Origin: an uncultured Prevotellaceae bacterium
GTDB lineage: Bacteria > Bacillota_I > Bacilli_A > RFN20 > CAG-288
Direction of reading: 5' to 3'
Assembly: GCA_963653505.1 (NCBI GenBank)
Contig: CAVJWL010000003.1
Coordinates: 2,403-66,402, forward strand
DNA: 64,000 nucleotides
The notes beneath the pieces were generated by a model that did no database searches, was not told the DNA's origin, and worked only from the letters and a program-made list of their open reading frames with translations. Positions 58,301 to 64,000 of the stretch are shown here, piece after piece. The position numbers and the translations under genes were made by a program. Position 1 is the stretch's first letter; each line of letters opens with the position of its first letter.

Positions 58301-59996
58301 TAGTGACAGTCATCCAATCAGTATCATCATTTGAAAGTTCGCTCTTCATACCGAGTAAATCTTTTCTCAAAGCGAAAACAAATTTACCAGTGTTATCAGT
58401 TGAACCTGTATAGGTGAACTTGATAAGAGAATTCAAATCATCAGTTGGAAGTTTGCCAGTTTGTTTATAGATGAGTTCAGCAACCTTATCGATTGTGGAT
58501 TGAACATCTCCAGTTTGGGCACCTTCTTTAACTGCATCTGTTGGAATAGAATTTAAAGCAGAAGCTAATTGATCTGCGATATTAGCAATGGCTTGTTTTC
58601 CATTACCATCTTTCATATAGTCAATCAAAGATGAAGAAGCAGTGTTATCGATTTTAACTTTATAACTATCATCGAAATTGATATAAGCAGCACCCTCACT
58701 TCCACCACCATAATAGACCTTTAAGGAATCTAAGGTTTCACTAGTATCACTTGTCTTTTTAGTGTTGTTGACTTCAAGATACATCTTAGAAGAGGAGAGG
58801 AATTGAGAAACATTAGAAGCATCTAATTTTAAGCAACCATCGAAGTTCATGAAGTCAGAATTATCTTTATTGTCAATATCAACTTCAAGGCCGATATTGG
58901 CTTTGGCCATGATCTTAGTTCCATCCGAATTCTTCATGAAGATATCACCGATAGTTGAGAAAATAGATTGATTTGGATCAGTCATATCGACATAACTGGA
59001 ATGATCATTTAAAGAAAGACCGTTAGTTTTATCGACAACAATAGCTGGATTATCATCGCTGCCAATAGCAGAGATATAAAGAGAGGTTAAAACATCATTG
59101 ACAGTATTGCCGTTGTATTGTTGTTGAATCTTAAGTGGTTCATTCTTGCTTCCGACTTCTAAAGAGGTCAATGTAGCACCAGTCAATTTTGAACTATCGG
59201 ATTCAGAATAAGTACCTTTATATCCTAATTTGATATGAAGGCCAGAGATGATAGTGATAGTCTTTCCAGTTTCACCAAAAGATAAGTCATTGATAGTGAT
59301 ATCGATGTTATCGCTATTTTCGATAACTTTTAATCCGACTTTAGTATCGCTACCAGCTAAGATATCCTTAACCTTTTCAACAATAGCCATGATATCAGTA
59401 TTATTTGTACTAGTAGCATTTGATTTATCACTTGAAGCAGGAGTGAATTTCTTGATCAAAGAAGAAACTTGTGCAATAGTTCTCGGAGCTGAAAGACGAT
59501 AATTACCGCTGAAAGCAGAGAGATATAATGTTGTCAAATCTTCCAATGCAAAATGCATAGAAGTATTGACAGTATTTTTAAGTGTTGATTCTTCATAACC
59601 ACCAAATGAGACTTTCATATCACCTTGAGCAGAGACACTAGTTGAAGAAATCTTAGAAAGATCAACACCTAAACTTGATAAGGAAATAGTAGCTTGAGTT
59701 GTTGCACTTCCAGGATTTGCGACAATATCAAGATTCTTGATATTGAGCGATTTAGCGCTGAGAATATCGTTCAATATGTATCCTAAAGCTGTTTGAGAAT
59801 CATCTTCAGTATCGCCTGAATCGATATCAGGAGTGACAATTGAACCACTATTATCGATATTGTTATCAGCAGCTTGCTTGATGGATGCATATGCAAAAGT
59901 TCCTGAGACACTCATCGTTCCTAAAGCGACAAGAGTTAATATCTCAATCTTTCCTAATACATTTCTATTGCCTTTATATTTGTTTTTATTTCTCAT
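55332..59996 (-). CDS. Giant (1554 aa) secreted/surface protein, S/T/N/D-rich, function unknown
   Basis: N-terminal signal/anchor (ILTLVALGTMSVSGTFAYA|S). No enzymatic motif, LPXTG or C-terminal TM segment. Paralogous to the ORF at 61346. Confidence 0.7.
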   Translation of the reverse strand: MRNKNKYKGNRNVLGKIEILTLVALGTMSVSGTFAYASIKQAADNNIDNSGSIVTPDIDSGDTEDDSQTALGYILNDILSAKSLNIKNLDIVANPGSATTQATISLSSLGVDLSKISSTSVSAQGDMKVSFGGYEESTLKNTVNTSMHFALEDLTTLYLSAFSGNYRLSAPRTIAQVSSLIKKFTPASSDKSNATSTNNTDIMAIVEKVKDILAGSDTKVGLKVIENSDNIDITINDLSFGETGKTITIISGLHIKLGYKGTYSESDSSKLTGATLTSLEVGSKNEPLKIQQQYNGNTVNDVLTSLYISAIGSDDNPAIVVDKTNGLSLNDHSSYVDMTDPNQSIFSTIGDIFMKNSDGTKIMAKANIGLEVDIDNKDNSDFMNFDGCLKLDASNVSQFLSSSKMYLEVNNTKKTSDTSETLDSLKVYYGGGSEGAAYINFDDSYKVKIDNTASSSLIDYMKDGNGKQAIANIADQLASALNSIPTDAVKEGAQTGDVQSTIDKVAELIYKQTGKLPTDDLNSLIKFTYTGSTDNTGKFVFALRKDLLGMKSELSNDDTDWMTVTINLTTDKVNVVDGEIDSSYSGRIKNIVVSGIDVNEKQVSVKIELSSLTDVAINSEAFTSDNTYVSINGTVGIIKTVGNYFVTKKGGVNYTLTYLPEKEDESSFGLNGSIGVDLSEVDKINQLSNSNGVLGLQNSQFYFSSTVATTNATDTTKNHSRQLDVSYQKTGSDRNLYFSYDDVFKNYISNASISDICSVLDKKTSTQNKSASTSLVEMDKVLSTLGVSTKFQNDLKKIKEDKTLSNLKSFLSVKQGESDNIVILSLNTGYIFEGSSLANKVSSIEVKFDASTEQFNSITVGGYRTSGNALLEFKVDFTDFDSTKQISDTSAYQEIKDATSIFNSFYNLPTTLDEYGLNINASLEDTTKNQLVLGLDSGLVIDRTHNNYDGAVILSHPSLSNLDGKNETAKQKIEFAYDSMTKTDTGYESVDDPTFVAEYNDRMHIKLGSSSVKDLVSTISDDKSTHYLLEALTSLESVSTSLPINSAIENKDASVLLENRLINKVEFKDSEDAIVITMYSKIFNDTASDTDLVTVKIEYTDSTTNSECKLNKVSLSDLTIKGGKKIDASISLTENYEDTLNNAVKNAGGSETTFNVAKPSDTSVSFVDLADFNDLIKSGMDTTNFNYYSLKGNLSIDLTAWIQTSQIDIDQLSFDLSINYTLFLADGKAYMDLYVERDNGKFVDFKIANDYVYVVSSNVSGSDENDNNYKAYRMQTSDAKNEIAYLALTEMLDIDSKIAGRTLMAQLYNAMDNKKSDETTKTEEESTDTTTSSTSLPLTLGLSDDFSSILSQTAIKTSVGSNVEGESLDMWSIVLNPNSIMTDTSDLKKLLSFGETRLDIYNMAIRSQDENNNWVRTSAPLYGLKFKTSIDVLPNTYSNSNPVLRLGLNLSLHANYSNNTDGYGVITDDDFKSIKNGTKEASNNVENSISNYFASTNAIDNAVSGDYKISGKTLKSKELYDFSSGKLVQFYNDYELVDNNAIVYTNDFSTYYKN

Positions 59997-59999
59997 ATT

Positions 60000-61142
60000 T
60001 TAATCCTCTGAAGGTAATAAATCATAACCTTTAAATTTATCTGTTGAATTTGTTTCAGGTACAAGAATCATCTGTTTGTCATAAACCGATTCGACATCGT
60101 TGTGATAATAATAAATATTCAATAACTGATCAGCTGTAACACCCATGGTTTTATAACTATCGATGGTCTTTCCATGAATCAGATTTAATTCTTCATCAAT
60201 CTCATAGATGATTGTTGAAGAGACAAAAGAGACAGTGACACCACCAGTTGTCTTCATCTGAGCTTTGAAATAACTGCAAGCGCCTTTTGAAACATCGAAG
60301 GTGACATTGATTCTATATCCACCATATATCTTCTCAATTGTTGAAGAAGTGACTGTTTTACTATTCATATTGTAGATAGAAATACCAGTCACTAGGTTTG
60401 CGCTTTTTCCAGCTTTGACAGCTGCCTTATAATCAGTTTCGTTATCTGTCAGATAAACATCTGGAACGCTTTTACTAGAATCTTCTGTATCGTAAGTCAC
60501 ATAATATTTTCCTTTATATAACTTTCCGAATTTTTGAATGTAATCATCATATGTCATATCATCAGGAGTTTTATTTCCCCAATCAGATTCTTTACTACAC
60601 ATCATACTTTTCAAGGTATTAGAACTATCTTTGTAATCATAGAATCTATAAGCCGTGGATGTGAATCCTGATGAGATATTTTCATAATAATCGCATTCTG
60701 GAGTTGTAAGAGCCGCAGATTTGATGACTTGATCAGCAATCAAGGCATGAGTTTTTCCTGTTGTAATAGATAATGAATATTTGTAAGAAGCTTGTTTAAA
60801 GAAGGAATAATTCAATACTTGATAAGCTGTATTTTCGTAACTTGTTAACAATGTTCCAGCATCTAATACTTTTTTCATCTGTTCATCAGTTGGAATTTCA
60901 CTTGCACTTCCGATGTAATTCTTATCTTTTATCGGATTATTTTTAGAGTATATGTAATAACCACAATTACTACCAAAAACAGCGGCAAAAAAAGCGGTAA
61001 CCACAATGAGTGCTATCCACTCAATTGCTAGTTTTTTCTTTGGTTTTTTGCTTTTTAGCGTTTCTTCTTCAGATGAAACAATCTCAATTGAAGCATTCTC
61101 TACCTCAATTGGATTGATTTTTGAGTTATCTTGATCAGTCAT
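60000..61142 (-). CDS. N-terminally membrane-anchored (type II) protein, function unknown, first gene of the giant-protein operon
   Basis: 380 aa with an acidic N-terminus, a single TM segment (WIALIVVTAFFAAVFGS) and a ~310-aa outside domain. Its stop is 3 nt from the start of the 1554-aa gene. Confidence 0.6.
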   Translation of the reverse strand: MTDQDNSKINPIEVENASIEIVSSEEETLKSKKPKKKLAIEWIALIVVTAFFAAVFGSNCGYYIYSKNNPIKDKNYIGSASEIPTDEQMKKVLDAGTLLTSYENTAYQVLNYSFFKQASYKYSLSITTGKTHALIADQVIKSAALTTPECDYYENISSGFTSTAYRFYDYKDSSNTLKSMMCSKESDWGNKTPDDMTYDDYIQKFGKLYKGKYYVTYDTEDSSKSVPDVYLTDNETDYKAAVKAGKSANLVTGISIYNMNSKTVTSSTIEKIYGGYRINVTFDVSKGACSYFKAQMKTTGGVTVSFVSSTIIYEIDEELNLIHGKTIDSYKTMGVTADQLLNIYYYHNDVESVYDKQMILVPETNSTDKFKGYDLLPSED

Positions 61143-61345
61143 GTTAAAAATTACAACTATAATTTATTACAATTGCAAATATATAAATAATGTTTCGTTT
61201 TAAAACTATGTGAACATTAAAACAATTAAATGTTTTAACTATTTTTAAAATTTATTATTCACTTTTGAAATACTAGTAAAAAAACACGCACTTGATAAAC
61301 TATGACTATGAAAAAGAACCTTTTTCTTTTTTAGTGACTAAAAAT

Positions 61346-64000
61346 ATGAGAAATATCAAATTTTCGCTTCTATCCTTATCTATATTTGCAAGCATTACCT
61401 TGAGTGCATGCTCATCTTTTGGTATGGACACATATAATAAAAAAGATCAAGGTACCAACGACAATAACACCGATATTATCATTCCTGACGTCGATTTTGA
61501 TACTGATAGAAAAGTCACTGCTGAATCAGCCTTGAATAAAACCATCAGCAACCTATCTAGTTGTAATGAAATAGATTTTTCTTCTTTGAATGTCTCTGCA
61601 ACACTGAGCAATGGAAAGTCTTTATCTACATCTTTAAAAAATACCAAGATAGATCTATCAAGAACTTCATCATTGGATTTGAATATCAGCAGTTATTTGA
61701 ATCTTACATATGATAATGCGAGTTTAAACGATATCTATTTCACCCTTGAAAAAGACAATGCTCTATATCTTAAATATAAGACATATGCTTATAGTTTAGA
61801 AGCTCCGAAAACATTAAACAATATCATCTCTTTAGTTCAAGCGTTTTCTAAAGGTGTCTCCACATCTAGTGATAGTCAAGATTCGATAGAAATATCTAAG
61901 ATCATTGATAAAATCAAAGAAGTTTTAAAAAATACTGAAGTCACAGAGCCATCACTCACCAACACTATCTCTGGATATCAAATCGCCTTTTCAATCCCTG
62001 AGATAAAAATCAATGATGATATCAAAATATTGTCTTCAAAATTCATCTTGATAACTGATTCTAATTATTCATTGACATCCCTAAGTATCGATTCCTTGAC
62101 TATTGAAGATAGTAAGAATTCAAAACAAACAATTGTCAAACTTGATGGTGAATTGAATGTCAAATCAACCTCTACCTATCAATATATCGATAAAAGTCAG
62201 TATACTGATTTAACAAATTCAACTACCTCATTATTTGAAACTCTTACCAAATTAGGAAATGATAAAAAAGCGAATATCGGACTTGATATATCCTTAAAAG
62301 ATAAAGATGGAAACACTCAATCTCTTGAAGGACAATTCAAAGCTTTTGCAAGTGATACCTTCATCAATTATGATAAGGGTGATTATATTCTTTCTTTAGA
62401 ACAAAAAAAAGGTGACAAAATCTTAAATGATTTGAATATTCATTACCAAAATGAAACGACATATTTAGCTTTGAATAATTTGTTCCACGGTAAGATTGAA
62501 AATTCAACTCTATCAGAAATATTCGATTATGTTTCTCAAATAGGTTCTTCAAATTTAGAAAAGAACATCGCCGATATTTTGAATAAAACTCTCTCTCAAA
62601 CAGATTTTGACGCACTCATCAAAGGTGATTATTCAAAATATGATGGAATGATAAAAAGTTTCACCTATACCTATAACCAAGGATTCAAAATCGAATTCTA
62701 TAGCAAATTCTTCGGAATGTCTTCTTCGGAAACTGATTCTTTCTCAATCTCACTCGATATCATAGAAAGCGGTGATGAAAAAGGATTGAAAGACATTAAA
62801 ATTGAAGGCTTAAAAGTCTCATCAATGTCATTAGATGTCACATTATCAATTCAAGACTCTTCTAATATTTCAAAAACCGAAGTGACAGATGAAGAGAAGA
62901 ACTACAAAAATTATGAATGCGTAACTCCGATTTTCAAAACGCTTGTCGATATTGTCGATGATAAAAAAATGCAAGCAAATATCGCACTCATCTATCAAGA
63001 TACATCTGCAAGCATCAATTATTCTGTAAACGGAAAAATCAAAGCCGATATGACAAAAGTTGTCAAAGATGATAATGATATGAATACATTATCAGGAAGC
63101 GTTGATCATTACGGAAACGGAAATTATGAAATCGAATTGAATGTCGACACCGGCACTAACACCTTGAACAGTCAATTTGATATCAGATACGAAAATAAAA
63201 ACATATATTTAGGATATAACTATAGCGATGGAACTTATATGTTCAGAAATCAGTTCCCCGATAGCGAAATATCAAAGATAAAGGATATCATCGATAGCAA
63301 GACAAAGACTTCGACTACTTCTACAACTTCAGCTTCTGATTCCTTAGAAGAATCCAATTCGGTAATCTCTGCTATTAAAAATAGTGATAATTTCAAAAAT
63401 TTAAAAGAAAACATCAAAAATGGTTCCTTAACAGATTTAGATAATTTCATCTATATTGATAAAACAAATCAAGATACTTCAAAAATAATCATTCAAGTCA
63501 TGGCTGATTATTTCTTAAAGGATACCTCCTATGAAGGTAAGGTTGATGATATTACTTTCTCAATCAATACTGAAACAAATAAGATAAGTTCTCTTGATTT
63601 GAACTTCACCCATTCTTTGGCTGATTCTAAGCAAGATAAGATGGCATTATCAATCAGCTTTGAAGATTATATAGAAGACTTACTAACTGATACTGAAAAA
63701 AACACCTATACAGTTATCAATAAAGCATCAGAACTAGTTGGTGTCTTCTATTCACTTCCGACAACACTGACAAAATTTGGAGTCGAAGTTGATGCAAGTG
63801 TCAAATACAAAGCTAGCAACGGAAATGATCAAGAAGTCAAACTAGGTGAATACTATGAAAAGTATGGAGATACTAGCTCAACTAAAAATAAAGGATTCGC
63901 AGCTGTTGATTTCTCCGATGACAACAATCCGATATGTTACGGAGGCCTTGGAATCACCCATCCATTCTTAGGAGATAATTCTAAGACTGCAGATCAAAAA
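61346..64000 (+). CDS. 3'-truncated (window edge) giant lipoprotein, paralog of the 1554-aa protein; not present in the supplied ORF track
   Basis: I translated 885 codons from ATG 61346 to base 64000 without a stop. MRNIKFSLLSLSIFASITLSAC is a lipoprotein signal peptide with lipobox LSAC. Several colinear matches to the 1554-aa protein are given in the findings. Confidence 0.75.
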   Translation, partial: MRNIKFSLLSLSIFASITLSACSSFGMDTYNKKDQGTNDNNTDIIIPDVDFDTDRKVTAESALNKTISNLSSCNEIDFSSLNVSATLSNGKSLSTSLKNTKIDLSRTSSLDLNISSYLNLTYDNASLNDIYFTLEKDNALYLKYKTYAYSLEAPKTLNNIISLVQAFSKGVSTSSDSQDSIEISKIIDKIKEVLKNTEVTEPSLTNTISGYQIAFSIPEIKINDDIKILSSKFILITDSNYSLTSLSIDSLTIEDSKNSKQTIVKLDGELNVKSTSTYQYIDKSQYTDLTNSTTSLFETLTKLGNDKKANIGLDISLKDKDGNTQSLEGQFKAFASDTFINYDKGDYILSLEQKKGDKILNDLNIHYQNETTYLALNNLFHGKIENSTLSEIFDYVSQIGSSNLEKNIADILNKTLSQTDFDALIKGDYSKYDGMIKSFTYTYNQGFKIEFYSKFFGMSSSETDSFSISLDIIESGDEKGLKDIKIEGLKVSSMSLDVTLSIQDSSNISKTEVTDEEKNYKNYECVTPIFKTLVDIVDDKKMQANIALIYQDTSASINYSVNGKIKADMTKVVKDDNDMNTLSGSVDHYGNGNYEIELNVDTGTNTLNSQFDIRYENKNIYLGYNYSDGTYMFRNQFPDSEISKIKDIIDSKTKTSTTSTTSASDSLEESNSVISAIKNSDNFKNLKENIKNGSLTDLDNFIYIDKTNQDTSKIIIQVMADYFLKDTSYEGKVDDITFSINTETNKISSLDLNFTHSLADSKQDKMALSISFEDYIEDLLTDTEKNTYTVINKASELVGVFYSLPTTLTKFGVEVDASVKYKASNGNDQEVKLGEYYEKYGDTSSTKNKGFAAVDFSDDNNPICYGGLGITHPFLGDNSKTADQK

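Noticed and set aside
526-59502. Numerous 60-115-aa ORFs nested in or antisense to large genes (for example 526..855, 615..851, 1368..1592, 8923..9132, 24931..25275, 29913..30209, 46358..46690, 56599..56919, 57364..57699).
   Set aside because: All lie within longer ORFs that carry recognisable conserved motifs, or within the long giant-protein ORFs. They lack an SD and have low-complexity translations typical of out-of-frame AT-rich sequence.
61302-61345. Short ORF MTMKKNLFLF* ending in a T6 tract just upstream of the giant lipoprotein gene. I considered a slipped-strand phase-variation switch, since a +1 T would fuse it in frame to the main ORF.
   Set aside because: The T-tract is short. 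The main ORF already has its own ATG and a canonical lipoprotein signal peptide. The fused version would give a poorer signal peptide. There is no evidence beyond coincidence in AT-rich DNA.
1-64000. Alternative genetic code (TGA = Trp, as in Mycoplasma/Spiroplasma), considered because of the Mollicutes-like gene content.
   Set aside because: Long conserved proteins (FtsH, NrdD, PriA, PurB) are intact under the standard code with Trp encoded by TGG. Several genes end at TGA at the expected length (dut at 15299-15301, the nicotinamidase-like gene at 19159-19161).
1-64000. CRISPR arrays, rRNA genes, integrase or prophage modules, and a tRNA 3'-end direct repeat that would delimit an integrative island at tRNA-Ala.
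   Set aside because: I saw no regularly spaced repeats, no rRNA-like sequence and no integrase or recombinase ORF. Scanning by eye downstream of the tRNA showed no second copy of its 3' end. Only the IS carries mobility functions. A computational repeat search would be needed for certainty.

Overview
This is an AT-rich segment (about 30% G+C in the lines I counted) from a low-GC Bacillota/Mollicutes-like anaerobe. That taxonomic placement is inferred from gene content and composition only. The standard genetic code applies: TGA acts as a stop and long conserved proteins are intact. All family assignments rest on motifs read from the translations, because no database search was possible.

Most of the window is housekeeping:
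- Core functions: ftsH, rpiB, tsaC, trmO, dut, priA, purB, glycerate kinase and pepO.
- Anaerobic ribonucleotide reductase: nrdD-nrdG.
- Polyamine uptake: a potABCD-like transporter.
- Efflux or export: two MacB/FtsX-type ABC systems.
- Exogenous fatty-acid use: a fakB-fakA-plsY-gpsA module and a TetR gene followed by oleate hydratase.
- Vitamin uptake: an ECF S-component next to a CoaX-like gene.
- Redox: an iron-type alcohol dehydrogenase.

Two regions look accessory:
1. 47.9-51.9 kb. A tRNA-Ala(CGC) is followed by a GC-rich (about 55-60%) IS30-family insertion sequence. It has 28-bp terminal inverted repeats and a 14-bp target duplication. Next comes a stand-alone 711-aa fusion of a PD-(D/E)xK-like nuclease to a DUF2075/SF1-helicase-like ATPase, which I rate the best candidate for a defence-type function.
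2. 55.3-64.0 kb. Two giant, mutually paralogous surface proteins are encoded divergently, with a 380-aa membrane-anchored partner between them. One is 1554 aa. The other is a lipoprotein of more than 885 aa that runs off the window and is absent from the ORF track.

Smaller oddities are listed in the findings. No CRISPR array, rRNA or prophage was seen.
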